Assembly (NCBI GenBank): GCA_965231135.1
Contig: OZ246419.1
Location: 449,488 to 513,487, forward strand
Origin: an uncultured Gammaproteobacteria bacterium
GTDB taxonomy: Bacteria; Patescibacteriota; Microgenomatia; UBA8517
Length of the DNA stretch: 64,000 nucleotides
Direction: 5' to 3'
In this document: positions 19,683-29,244 of the stretch, piece by piece
Layout of the letters: each line of letters opens with the position of its first letter
Position numbering within the stretch: the stretch's first letter is position 1
Notes under the pieces: model-generated
The model's database searches: none
The model's input: only the letters and a program-made list of their open reading frames with translations
What the model was told of the DNA's origin: nothing
Made by a program: the position numbers and the translations under genes

Positions 19683-20379
19683 AAGTAACAGTTAAGTCAA
19701 TTTCTTTTGTGTTTCCTGCTTGGTCGGTTGAAATAACTTTTATGGTATTTTGACCGTTTTGTAAAACAAACGGATAATTAAAATTTCCACCTCCGTCAAG
19801 AATTGCTATGTGGTCGTTTATCGTAATTGTATTATTTGGATCTGTAGAACCCTGAATGCTTATGTTTTGTTGTGTGCTTCCGTAGAAAGTCTGATTGTTT
19901 TGAGGACTACTTATTGTTAGATTTGGAACCTGATTTGTATAAGTTATTGTAACAGGGGATGTGTTGCTGCTTGTGTTTCCGTTTGAATCAACAGTTTGAG
20001 CGTAGATTGTGTTTTGACCATTTGTTAAGTTTACGTAGGTTGAAAAATTTCCATTTTGATCTGTCTGGGTTTCAGTTGAAGAGTTGTTGGTAAAAATTTT
20101 GACAGTTGCATTAGCCATAGCTGTGCCTGATACTGTTGCGGTTTTAATATTTGTAAATTGCGGAAGAGAAGAAAGATTTGGAGGGAGAACTGTTTGTTTG
20201 CTTGTCACTACAGGTGCTGACCCCGGTTTATTTACAATATTAAGAAATTTTGAGAAAAGCGGAATTCCAAATGCGATCAGCCAGACAATTATGAGTAAAG
20301 TTAGACCACCATATATTAATGTGCTTTTGATTGCGTTTTTGTTTTCTACTTCTGAAAGTCTTGATTTGTATGTTCTCAT
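19672..20379 (-). CDS. Membrane-anchored surface protein with Ig-like/Asn-Thr-rich repeats
   Basis: N-terminal TM helix followed by NGN/TxT-rich beta-type repeats. AGGAGG Shine-Dalgarno 13 nt upstream of the ATG. Confidence 0.5.
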   Translation of the reverse strand: MRTYKSRLSEVENKNAIKSTLIYGGLTLLIIVWLIAFGIPLFSKFLNIVNKPGSAPVVTSKQTVLPPNLSSLPQFTNIKTATVSGTAMANATVKIFTNNSSTETQTDQNGNFSTYVNLTNGQNTIYAQTVDSNGNTSSNTSPVTITYTNQVPNLTISSPQNNQTFYGSTQQNISIQGSTDPNNTITINDHIAILDGGGNFNYPFVLQNGQNTIKVISTDQAGNTKEIDLTVTFNP

Positions 20380-20464
20380 ATTAACTGAGCCTCCTGTCAG
20401 AATTGAACTGACATTCGCGGTTTACGATACCGCCGTTCTGCCGTTGAACTAAAGAGGCATCGGC

Positions 20465-20986
20465 CTATTTTAACATGTCAGCAAAATTTTGACGCAGCTT
20501 TACGATTTTTGGATCGATGACTAATTTGCAGTAGGCTGCATTTTTGTGATTTTCGTAATAATTTTTATGATAATCTTCTGCTTTATAAAAGTTTTTATAT
20601 TGTATAAGTTTCGTTGCAATTTTTTTGTCGTAATCTGTTTGAAGTTTGTTTATAATTTTTTCGGATTCGTCTTTTTGTATGTTGTCCAGATAAAAAATTG
20701 TTGATTGATATTGTGGCCCAATGTCTGCTCCTTGACCGTCTTCTTGTGTTGGATCGTGAGTTTTCATAAAAACATAAAGCAGGTCTTCGTAAGAAATAAT
20801 TTTTGGATCAAATTCTATTTTAGCGCTTTCAACATGACCCGTTTTTCCTGAAGAGACTTCTTCGTAACTTGGATTTTTTACATCTCCTCCAGAATATCCT
20901 GGAATTACCGAAATTACTCCTTTTAGATTTTTGAAAAGAGCTTCCGTACACCAAAAACATCCTCCACCAAAAACTGCCGTTTCCAT
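20465..20986 (-). CDS. msrA: Peptide methionine sulfoxide reductase MsrA
   Basis: Active site GGGCFWC, plus GYSGG and GHVE motifs. Confidence 0.88.
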   Translation of the reverse strand: METAVFGGGCFWCTEALFKNLKGVISVIPGYSGGDVKNPSYEEVSSGKTGHVESAKIEFDPKIISYEDLLYVFMKTHDPTQEDGQGADIGPQYQSTIFYLDNIQKDESEKIINKLQTDYDKKIATKLIQYKNFYKAEDYHKNYYENHKNAAYCKLVIDPKIVKLRQNFADMLK

Positions 20987-20987
20987 A

Positions 20988-22772
20988 TTAATTTATTAAT
21001 TTTATTAAATCATTGACTTCTTTTTCAATTAGATTCAAACCATTTTTCCAAAAGTCTTTATCTTCAATATTCAACCCAATTATTTTAAGAATGTTTTTAG
21101 GGTCTTGAGAGCCGCCTTGTGATAAAGCTTTTTTATAATTTTTTACAAAATCTTTCTTGCCTATTTTGTATAAATTAAATAAAGATAACGCTAACAAATC
21201 GCCAAAACAATAGGTAAATACATAAAAATTATAATGATAAAAGTGAAGAATTGGCATCCATAAATTTTCGTGATAATCGGATAAAGTCAGACCTTTACCA
21301 AAAGACTTTTGTAAAGTTTTTTGGTAAAGATTTCCGATTTCGTCTATTGTTAGTTCTCCTTTTTCGCGCCTTAATTTGTGAAGTTCGTTTTCAAAAATAT
21401 AGAAATCGTTTTGGCGAAAAACAGTCGCGAATCCGTTTTGGATTTTAGCTGCAAGTAAATTTACTTTTAATTTTTGCTCTTTTAGATCGTTGAATATTTT
21501 TTCAAATACTAAGCTTTCTGCAAAAGTGCTTGCAATTTCTGCAGTTGCTGTTGAGGGATTAAATTCAAGATAATTGTTATTTTTAGATAAATAAGCGTGT
21601 ATTGCATGACCTAGTTCGTGGGCTAATGTTGTTATATCGTTTAATTTACCTGTGAAATTTACAAAAACCAATGGATGTTTGGAAGGAGTTGCATACATGC
21701 AGAATGCTCCTCCTCTTTTTCCATTTTTAACTTCAGCATCGATCCAGTTTTTTTCAAAAAACATTTTTGCAATCTGGTAAAATTCTTCATCGAAATTTTT
21801 AAAAGAAGATAAAATTATTTCTTTTGCTTCGTCCCATGAATAAGTTTTTTCATCTATATTGTAAATATTTGAATATCTGTCCCATTCGTAAAGCTGTGAT
21901 AATTTAAGCAGTTTCTTTTTTAAGAGATAGTATTTTTCGACTAGTTTTTGCCTTTCCAAAATTGCTTTCGACATGTTCTCGACAATTTTTTGGTTTACTT
22001 CATAACTAATAAATGTTGCTTCTTGAGGATATTTAAAACCGCGTATTTCATCGGAAATTTTTTTGTCGAGAATTAGAGTGTTTAGAATAAATGAGTAAAG
22101 GTTAGAATTTTTGGAAAATGTTTTTGAATAGGAAATTGTGGCATTTTCCCGTAGTTTTCTGTCAGGATTGTTTGACATTATCGATTGGATTTCAGAAATG
22201 GTTAGTGTTTTATTTTTGTCTTTTATTTTTAACTCAAATTTCTCAGTTGACTGTGTTTGGTCATAAAGCCTGACAAAAGCTTGAGAAGAAGTTTGAGATT
22301 TTTGAGTCATTATTTTTTCCTCGTTTTCTGAAAGAGTAAAAGGTTTCATTATTCGTAATGTAGTTAAAAAATGAGTAAAGTTTTTAATTTTCTTGTCGTT
22401 AAGTAATTTTTTGAATAATTTATCGTCTAAATTAATAATTTCCAGCTGATACCAAAGAATATTCGCATTTATCTGTGTTCCAAATTCGCTGGATGATTGA
22501 TATAAGTTTTTGGAAATATTACTTATGGAATCTGTGGAAAAGATAAGCGATGCATAAATTTCTATAATCGCAGTTTTTTCAATTATATTTTGATAATCTA
22601 AAAGCGATTTCAGAAAAAGGGTTGAAGTAATTTTTGGAGAATTTATTTTATTTTTATAGATTTTATTGAAATTTTCTGTGAGGAATAAAATTTCTTTTTT
22701 ATCTTTTTCTATTTTGGGGTCGGAAACTGAGTTATAAAAATCTGATAAGTTCCAGTTAATTTTATTATTCAT
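20988..22772 (-). CDS. pepF: Oligoendopeptidase F (M3B family)
   Basis: Zinc motif TLAHELGHAIH (HExxH). Length and architecture match PepF. Confidence 0.85.
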   Translation of the reverse strand: MNNKINWNLSDFYNSVSDPKIEKDKKEILFLTENFNKIYKNKINSPKITSTLFLKSLLDYQNIIEKTAIIEIYASLIFSTDSISNISKNLYQSSSEFGTQINANILWYQLEIINLDDKLFKKLLNDKKIKNFTHFLTTLRIMKPFTLSENEEKIMTQKSQTSSQAFVRLYDQTQSTEKFELKIKDKNKTLTISEIQSIMSNNPDRKLRENATISYSKTFSKNSNLYSFILNTLILDKKISDEIRGFKYPQEATFISYEVNQKIVENMSKAILERQKLVEKYYLLKKKLLKLSQLYEWDRYSNIYNIDEKTYSWDEAKEIILSSFKNFDEEFYQIAKMFFEKNWIDAEVKNGKRGGAFCMYATPSKHPLVFVNFTGKLNDITTLAHELGHAIHAYLSKNNNYLEFNPSTATAEIASTFAESLVFEKIFNDLKEQKLKVNLLAAKIQNGFATVFRQNDFYIFENELHKLRREKGELTIDEIGNLYQKTLQKSFGKGLTLSDYHENLWMPILHFYHYNFYVFTYCFGDLLALSLFNLYKIGKKDFVKNYKKALSQGGSQDPKNILKIIGLNIEDKDFWKNGLNLIEKEVNDLIKLIN

Positions 22773-22900
22773 ATTATGAGCGGGATAAGCAAGCTTGTCT
22801 CGCTCCTTCGGAGCGGGATAGGGAAGTCGAATCCCTTTCTCTACCTTGGGAAGGTAGCGTTAAGCCGTTTAACTAATCCCGCGTAAACGAATTATATCAA
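22773..22900 (-). other. GC-rich, highly structured intergenic element between the LysM gene and pepF (candidate cis-regulatory RNA or terminator complex)
   Basis: Perfect hairpins CTACCTT-GGG-AAGGTAG, AGGGA-N7-TCCCT, and CCGCGT-N19-ACGCGG. GAGCGGGAT is duplicated (22778 and 22812) flanking a CGCTC that can pair with either copy. GC content far exceeds the surrounding AT-rich intergenic DNA. Confidence 0.3.
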
Positions 22901-23476
22901 TTAACGCGGTATAGTAAAAACATTTCCGGTGTGAATCATTCTGGGGTTTGTAAGATGATTTGCTTCTGCGATTTGGTGCCACTTTGTGCCGTCTCCATAG
23001 GCGCGAATTGCAATGTTCCACAGGTTGTCTCCCTTTACAACTGTGTAGGAATTTTGGGTAATATTGTTGTTTGTTGATGCTGCTTCTTTTGTAATTTGAG
23101 GAGTTGGTGTGTTTGTTGGAGTGGGAGTTGCAGAGAAAGTTAATGACGGAATTGTTAGTATTTGGCCTATTTCTATTTGCGACGGGTTTGAAATATTATT
23201 TGCATCTGCAATTTGCTTCCAATCGTTTCCGTTTCCTAAAACTTTTTTGGCGATTTTCCACAAACTGTCGCCTTTTGTTACTGTATAAGTTTTGTTTTCA
23301 TTAGTTGTGTCAGCTGCTTGTTGTGTAATTGAATTTTGGTGGCGAAGATTTGCAATGTATTTTCCTACAAAAATTCCGGCAATTATTAGAATAACGACTC
23401 CGAGGACAATGCTTAATTCCTGCTCGTGAAGCTTAATGTATTTTAAAATATTTTTTAGATCCATGTTGACTATCAA
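22901..23476 (-). CDS. LysM-domain peptidoglycan-binding protein (2 LysM repeats) with N-terminal TM anchor
   Basis: Two LysM repeats: YTVTKGDSLWKIAKK...IGQILTIP and YTVVKGDNLWNIAIR...TGNVFTIP. Confidence 0.85.
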   Translation of the reverse strand: MIVNMDLKNILKYIKLHEQELSIVLGVVILIIAGIFVGKYIANLRHQNSITQQAADTTNENKTYTVTKGDSLWKIAKKVLGNGNDWKQIADANNISNPSQIEIGQILTIPSLTFSATPTPTNTPTPQITKEAASTNNNITQNSYTVVKGDNLWNIAIRAYGDGTKWHQIAEANHLTNPRMIHTGNVFTIPR

Positions 23477-23542
23477 CTATGGGCAGAAGTTGTTAAAGGA
23501 GAATTTAAGATATTATTAATGACTTGTCAATGGGGGATTTTG

Positions 23543-23614
23543 CGGGATCGATGGGAGTCGAACCCACCTCTACTCCGTGACAGGGAGTTATTCTAGCCGA
23601 TGAACTACGACCCC
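23543..23614 (-). tRNA. tRNA-Asp (anticodon GTC)
   Basis: Reverse-complement fold: acceptor GGGGTCG/CGATCCC (one G-U pair), anticodon stem ACTCC/GGAGT with loop CTGTCAC, T-arm GTGGG-TTCGACT-CCCAT, discriminator G. Confidence 0.8.
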
Positions 23615-23652
23615 GAATGTTTGTATTATATCTTATGTGATATATTAAGTCT

Positions 23653-25422
23653 ATGAAAACTTCAAAAGAAATGACTAATATTGAAATTGCTGAACTACTT
23701 CGAGACATTGCTGCTGCGTATGAACTTCAAGATGCGAAAAATAATAAATTTAAGATTATTGCCTATGAGAGAGCAGCGGACTCTGTCGAGCATGCAACAA
23801 GCGAACTAAAAGATTTATGGGAAGAAAATAAAATGGATGAAGTGGATGGACTGGGAAAATCTATACAAGAGCATTTGGATGAAATTTTTAGAACAGGACA
23901 TTCAAAACATTTTGATGAGCTAACAAAAGGTATTCCTGCAATTGTTTTTCAGCTTATGAAAATTCCTGGAATCGGAGTGAAAACAGCGAGTAAATTAGTT
24001 ATGCAACTGAAAATTAAAAATTTAAGTGATTTAAAAAAAGCTGCGAATGATAATAAAATTGCCGAAATGGAGGGATTTGGAGAGCAGTCACAGGAAAAGA
24101 TTTTAAAGCAGATTGATGAATTTGAAAAAAAAGAGCCTTCAAGAATGCTTTTGCCGTATGCAATGGAGATTGCTGAGGAAATTATGAATTATATGAAACA
24201 AAACAAAAATGTTGAGAGAATTGAGACCCTTGGGTCACTTCGAAGACAAGTCTCTACAATTGGCGATATTGATTTTGCTACAGCTACCAAAAAAGTAGAC
24301 GACGTGATTGAATATTTCACAAAGTTTCCACGGGCAACAAGAATTATTGAAAAAGGAGAGCGAACTGCGGCGATACTTCTGCCTGGAAATGTTAGAGTCG
24401 ATATGATTACTTGTGAGCCTCAAGCTTATGGAGCACTGTTACAACATTTCACTGGAGGGAAAAATCATAATGTTGCTCTTCGTGAGTTTTCTTTAAAAAA
24501 AGGACTTTCGCTAAGCGATTATGGAATTTACACAAAGCCTGGAGATAAAAATTCTCTTGTGGAAATTGCAAGTGAAAAAGATTTTTATGAAAAATGGCTA
24601 AAAATGGACTGGATTCCTCCAGAAATTCGCGAAGATGACGGAGAAATAAAAGCGGCACTAGCGCATAAATTGCCAAAGCTTGTCGAGCTGAAAGATATGA
24701 AAGGTGATTTACATATTCATAGCGACTTTGATATTGAAACAAGCCATGATCTGGGAAGTTCTTCTATGAAAACAATTTGTGAAAGAGCAAAAAGTTTGGG
24801 GTATGAATACGTTGCTTTTAGTGAGCATAATCCGAGCAAAAGTAAACACAACGCAAATCAGATTATTGAATTATTAAAACGAAAAAGAGAAGCTGTCGAC
24901 AAATTAAATTCTAGTCTCAAAAATTTTAGGGCATTTAATAGTTTGGAAATTGATATTTTGCCAGATGGAAGTTTGCCAGTTCCTGAAGAAGGTTTAAAAA
25001 CTTTAGATTTTGCACTGGTTTCTATTCATTCCAGTTTTGATTTGCCTAAAAACAAAATGACTGAGAGAATTTTAAAAGCTTTGAGTTATCCAAAAGTTAA
25101 AGTATTTGCACATCCTACAGGAAGGCTTCTTAATCAAAGACCAAGTATTGATGCTGATTGGGATTCAATATTCGGCGAAGCCGTTAAAAGGAATATTTTT
25201 ATGGAAATAAATTCAGATCCGTCACGTTTGGATCTTCCCGATATTTTAGTGCATGATGCGCTACGAAAAGGAATGAAATTCACAATTGATACAGATACGC
25301 ATTACGTTGATAGTATGGATAATATGAAATGGGGAATTAGTGTTGCCAGACGAGGCTGGTGCGAGAAAAAAGATATTGTAAATACCAGAAATTTGAAAGA
25401 ATTTGAAAAATTGATGTTATAA
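23653..25422 (+). CDS. polX: DNA polymerase X family protein with C-terminal PHP domain
   Basis: Pol-beta-like HhH (GIGVKTASKL), nucleotidyltransferase motif GSLRRQVSTIGDIDF, and PHP domain (GDLHIHSDFD...). Confidence 0.85.
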   Translation: MKTSKEMTNIEIAELLRDIAAAYELQDAKNNKFKIIAYERAADSVEHATSELKDLWEENKMDEVDGLGKSIQEHLDEIFRTGHSKHFDELTKGIPAIVFQLMKIPGIGVKTASKLVMQLKIKNLSDLKKAANDNKIAEMEGFGEQSQEKILKQIDEFEKKEPSRMLLPYAMEIAEEIMNYMKQNKNVERIETLGSLRRQVSTIGDIDFATATKKVDDVIEYFTKFPRATRIIEKGERTAAILLPGNVRVDMITCEPQAYGALLQHFTGGKNHNVALREFSLKKGLSLSDYGIYTKPGDKNSLVEIASEKDFYEKWLKMDWIPPEIREDDGEIKAALAHKLPKLVELKDMKGDLHIHSDFDIETSHDLGSSSMKTICERAKSLGYEYVAFSEHNPSKSKHNANQIIELLKRKREAVDKLNSSLKNFRAFNSLEIDILPDGSLPVPEEGLKTLDFALVSIHSSFDLPKNKMTERILKALSYPKVKVFAHPTGRLLNQRPSIDADWDSIFGEAVKRNIFMEINSDPSRLDLPDILVHDALRKGMKFTIDTDTHYVDSMDNMKWGISVARRGWCEKKDIVNTRNLKEFEKLML

Positions 25423-25429
25423 TCCTGTT

Positions 25430-25795
25430 ATGTCATTAACTGAATCAGAAAATTTAATAAAGGGATATCGAGAAAATAATATTGTAGTCCCTGATGGAGT
25501 GGATGTTGCTAATTATTTAAGTTCACATCCTTTAGTGGTTGAGTATGCCTCTAAGGTGATAGGTGCATGTAGACGGGAGTTTGATTTGAATACTCAGTTG
25601 TCGTTAGAGGTATATAGGGATCAGGAGAGTACTGTTACTCAATTGACGCTATATGTCCGTCGACCAAGCTATACAATGGAAATTTATAGAAATTTGGATG
25701 AGAGAATTGAAAAAATCGTTTCGCAATACGATGATGAATATCCGCTCGAAAATGGCGAGCTTTTAGTGATGTGCGATTTTAAGCCATCTAGCTAA
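25430..25795 (+). CDS. Hypothetical protein (121 aa)
   Basis: ORF with no recognisable domain. Confidence 0.4.
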   Translation: MSLTESENLIKGYRENNIVVPDGVDVANYLSSHPLVVEYASKVIGACRREFDLNTQLSLEVYRDQESTVTQLTLYVRRPSYTMEIYRNLDERIEKIVSQYDDEYPLENGELLVMCDFKPSS

Positions 25796-25862
25796 CTTCA
25801 GGATTTATTAAGCTTTGTATAGAGTATAATATATTAGTAATGGAAATGAAGGTGATTTATTT

Positions 25863-26453
25863 ATGAATTTATTTTTAATAATTTTACTTGTAATTGTTGT
25901 TGGAATTGGGCTTTGGCTGATGAGCACTTACAATTTTTTTGCACAGGCAAAGGTACGTATTAACGCAGCGGTTCAAGAGATTGGAAACCAATTAAAGAGA
26001 CAAGCTGATTTAATTCCAAATTTGGAAGCTTCCGCAAAAGGATATTTAACTCACGAAAAAGAAGTTTATAAAATGCTTACTGATGCCAGAAAGGCAGTTG
26101 CTGGAGCAGTTGGAAGCGGAAACTTACAGAAAATGTCTGATGCTGGAGCTCAGCTTAATGCAGTTTTGCCAAAGCTTTCTATTGCAGTTGAAAGTAATCC
26201 TGAGCTTAAAGCTAATACTTTGGTGCAAAATTTGATGGATGAACTTCGAGATACAGCTGATAAAATTATGTATTCAAGAAGACTTTTGATTGATTTGACA
26301 GCAGACTTTAATTCAAGGCGAGTAACTTTTCCTACAAACATTATTGCAAACATGATGAATGTCCAAGAAATGAAAGGATTAATTACACCTACTGATGGAG
26401 AATTTTTGAACGTAAGTGACGCTGATACACAAACTCCAAAAGTAAGCCTTTGA
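25863..26453 (+). CDS. lemA: LemA family protein
   Basis: N-terminal TM helix followed by a LemA-like coiled region (FFAQAKVRINAAVQEIGNQLKRQADLIPNL). Confidence 0.8.
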   Translation: MNLFLIILLVIVVGIGLWLMSTYNFFAQAKVRINAAVQEIGNQLKRQADLIPNLEASAKGYLTHEKEVYKMLTDARKAVAGAVGSGNLQKMSDAGAQLNAVLPKLSIAVESNPELKANTLVQNLMDELRDTADKIMYSRRLLIDLTADFNSRRVTFPTNIIANMMNVQEMKGLITPTDGEFLNVSDADTQTPKVSL

Positions 26454-26454
26454 T

Positions 26455-27402
26455 ATGGCAGTAAATAATTTTTACGAAGCAATTTCTGTAAATAAGAGAA
26501 AAAGCCTAATTGTTGTGATTGGGTTTGTTCTCTTTGTTGCCCTATTTGTATATATAATTTCGAATGCATTTGCCTATTATTTCGGTTATGAAGTCGGGGG
26601 GCTTGGGATTGCAGGGATTGCTCTAATTGTTTCAGGCGTAATGAGCTTTGCTGGATATTATTGGAGCGATAAAGTTGTTCTTACAATGTCCGGGGCGAGG
26701 CCTGCTTCAAGGCAGCGTGATTTTGAATTTTATACTGTAGCACAAAATATGGCGATTGCTGCCGGAGTGCCAACTCCAAAATTATATGTAATTGAAGATG
26801 ATGCGCCAAATGCTTTTGCAACAGGGCGCGATCCAAACCATGCCGCAATTGCTGCGACTCGAGGGCTTCTTGATCGATTAAACCGTACAGAGCTTGAAGG
26901 AGTTATTGGACATGAAATGACACATGTACGAAATTATGATACAAGACTTGGGGCTTTAGTTGCAGTTATGGTTGGTTTGGTTGCACTTCTTGGTGACTGG
27001 TTTTTGAGAATGAGTATGTTTGGAGGATTTGGAGGAAGACGCCGCAACAATGACAGCGAAAGCGGACAGCTGGGAGCAATATTTTTAATCTTGGGATTTT
27101 TATTTGCGCTTTTGTCGCCTATTGTTGCAACATTAATACAACTTGCGATTTCAAGACGAAGAGAATTTATGGCTGATGCTGGGAGTGTTGAGCTGACAAG
27201 GCAGCCTTCAGGATTAATTCATGCTCTTGAAAAAATTTCAGTTGTTGATGAACCTTTGAAAGAAGCAAATAAAGCAACCGCACATTTATATATAATTAAT
27301 CCTTTTAAAGAAGGGCACAAGGCTGTGAGCTGGTTTAGTAATTTATTTAATACCCACCCTCCTATAAAGGATAGAATTGCTGCACTCCAGAAAATGATGT
27401 AA
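26455..27402 (+). CDS. htpX: HtpX-like M48 zinc metalloprotease
   Basis: HEMTHV (HExxH) zinc motif and multiple TM helices. Canonical lemA-htpX adjacency. Confidence 0.85.
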   Translation: MAVNNFYEAISVNKRKSLIVVIGFVLFVALFVYIISNAFAYYFGYEVGGLGIAGIALIVSGVMSFAGYYWSDKVVLTMSGARPASRQRDFEFYTVAQNMAIAAGVPTPKLYVIEDDAPNAFATGRDPNHAAIAATRGLLDRLNRTELEGVIGHEMTHVRNYDTRLGALVAVMVGLVALLGDWFLRMSMFGGFGGRRRNNDSESGQLGAIFLILGFLFALLSPIVATLIQLAISRRREFMADAGSVELTRQPSGLIHALEKISVVDEPLKEANKATAHLYIINPFKEGHKAVSWFSNLFNTHPPIKDRIAALQKMM

Positions 27403-27425
27403 TTCTTGACACTTGGGCCTATAAT

Positions 27426-27752
27426 ATGTATATGAGAAGTCCTGATAGGATAGTTGAAGGTGAACTTGATGCCTATGCGGAAGCGTTTGTTGCATGGTTC
27501 TGTGAAAAAATATCCTCACGCAACAGTTTTGATGGTATTACTCTTAAAAAGGGAACTCCTGCTGGGGATGCTGTTTTTATAAACGGAAAAATATATGGAT
27601 ATCTCCGAAAAAGAGGGGAACAATTAGATTTAACAGAAATGAGAAACTTGATATTTAATAGTGCAAGCGACGAAGAAATATCTGACGAAACAATTTGTGA
27701 GCAGGTTTTAAAAGTAAAAAAGATAATGTTTTCTTTGAATACTTCAAAATAA
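27426..27752 (+). CDS. Hypothetical protein (108 aa)
   Basis: ORF with no recognisable domain. Confidence 0.35.
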   Translation: MYMRSPDRIVEGELDAYAEAFVAWFCEKISSRNSFDGITLKKGTPAGDAVFINGKIYGYLRKRGEQLDLTEMRNLIFNSASDEEISDETICEQVLKVKKIMFSLNTSK

Positions 27753-27774
27753 AGTGTATAAATAAATACAGGGG

Positions 27775-28188
27775 GTGATTTTTTTGATAACTCTTGAAAA
27801 AGCTAAGAAAGCATTAGAAGCTGCTGAAAATAAAGCAAAAGAATTAAAAGTTGAAGTTTCTATCGCTATTACGGACGATCACGGAGTCTTAATCGCAGGA
27901 AGTAAAATGGATGGAGCTTTTTATATAAGTCCAAAATTTGCTTTTGAAAAGGCATTTACATCTGCAAATTTAATGATGCCTACATCAACACTGCTTGCTT
28001 ATGCGGCAGATAATAAACCATATTTTGGTGTGAATACACTTTTTGGAGGTCAATTAACAGCAATTGCTGGAGGGTTACCGGTTAAAAAAGAAGGGAAAGT
28101 GATAGGAGCTGTTGGTGTTGGTGGGTCTGCTGATACATCACAAGATGCAGAATGTGCTAAAGCAGCTGTAGAAGTTTTGGAAAACTAA
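27775..28188 (+). CDS. GlcG/HbpS-like (DUF336) putative heme-binding protein
   Basis: GTG start preceded by an AGGGGG Shine-Dalgarno. Conserved C-terminal GGLPV...GAVGVGGS glycine-rich motif of DUF336. Confidence 0.6.
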   Translation: MIFLITLEKAKKALEAAENKAKELKVEVSIAITDDHGVLIAGSKMDGAFYISPKFAFEKAFTSANLMMPTSTLLAYAADNKPYFGVNTLFGGQLTAIAGGLPVKKEGKVIGAVGVGGSADTSQDAECAKAAVEVLEN

Positions 28189-28235
28189 AATCCTATAATA
28201 TTGATAATTATTAAGGGAAGAGATATAATTTTAAA

Positions 28236-28973
28236 ATGTCAGATAGTAGAACAGTTGAAAGTTTAGCCACTCCTTTAAAAATAGAACAAGGGAAAGCTCT
28301 TCGACTTCAGGCGAATCGACATGGTGATTTAGTAATAGCTGCAAATATAATAAAAAATGGAGGTGTTGGTATAGCTCCGTTTAAAGGACCGTTTGGATTC
28401 TTTGGAGATTATGATAACAAGGAAGCAAATGCTCGTGTTATGTATGATATAAAACATAGAGCACCTGGAAAAATTCTTAGTGCTATAATTCGTCCTGATA
28501 ATTTGCATTCACATGTCGACTTTTCTAAAACTTCTTATACCCAGGAAGATATAAAACATTTTCAAACAAAATTGCATGCATTGGGTGTTAGATTGCCAGC
28601 AAAATCAGAAGTTCCAGAACATATGACAGTTGATGGTACTATTATGTCGATTTGGTCAGAATATGACCCAATAAATATTATAATGACTCAATTTCAAAAT
28701 TTAGGAGGAAGAGCGTTGTTTGGTACCTCTGCAAATGAAAGTCATGAGCCAACGATTATCAAAGTTGAAGATGCGTGGAATAAATTTGGAGATAAGGTTG
28801 ATTTTATTTTAGAGGAAGATTTATCGTACTTACCTGAAGAAAGAAGGATGTCTACTACTTTAGTTGATTTTACAAAAGATGTGCCTATTCAAATGAGAGC
28901 TGGAAATGTTTCAGTGCAAGAGATTAATTCAGTTTTGAGGCAAAGAAATAAACCAGACTTGTTGATTCCTTAA
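28236..28973 (+). CDS. tsaC: YrdC/Sua5-family protein (L-threonylcarbamoyladenylate synthase TsaC-like)
   Basis: Colinear with family motifs: IKHRAPGKILSAII, VRLP, TSANESHEP (family TSANxSG), KVDFILEED, STTLVDFT, MRAGNVS. Confidence 0.6.
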   Translation: MSDSRTVESLATPLKIEQGKALRLQANRHGDLVIAANIIKNGGVGIAPFKGPFGFFGDYDNKEANARVMYDIKHRAPGKILSAIIRPDNLHSHVDFSKTSYTQEDIKHFQTKLHALGVRLPAKSEVPEHMTVDGTIMSIWSEYDPINIIMTQFQNLGGRALFGTSANESHEPTIIKVEDAWNKFGDKVDFILEEDLSYLPEERRMSTTLVDFTKDVPIQMRAGNVSVQEINSVLRQRNKPDLLIP

Positions 28974-29014
28974 AAGATTATTGATTTATTTAATAGAAAG
29001 TATAATACTAGACT

Positions 29015-29209
29015 ATGGTTGAGATAAATCCAAGAGAAATCCAAAAAGAATTTATAGAAGGACACATTAGTTCAAAACCTGAAATTAACAGTTTGGAACC
29101 GTTTACAAAAGTTGATGAGTCGGAGATTAAAAAACTAAAAGGTCATATTGATGGAGAACATGAACTTGCAGTAGATTATAGTGTATCAAGCGAAGATCCT
29201 CTTGAATAA
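29015..29209 (+). CDS. Hypothetical small protein (64 aa)
   Basis: Acidic ORF with no recognisable domain. Confidence 0.25.
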   Translation: MVEINPREIQKEFIEGHISSKPEINSLEPFTKVDESEIKKLKGHIDGEHELAVDYSVSSEDPLE

Positions 29210-29244
29210 CTTCATTTTTGTTTCTGGTAATGTAATAATGAACT

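Noticed and set aside
20084-20452. Plus-strand ORF overlapping the Ig-like gene
   Set aside because: Antisense to a gene with TM anchor, SD and repeat structure. No independent support.
23505-23708. Minus-strand 67-aa ORF
   Set aside because: It overlaps the tRNA-Asp gene and the polX start; spurious.
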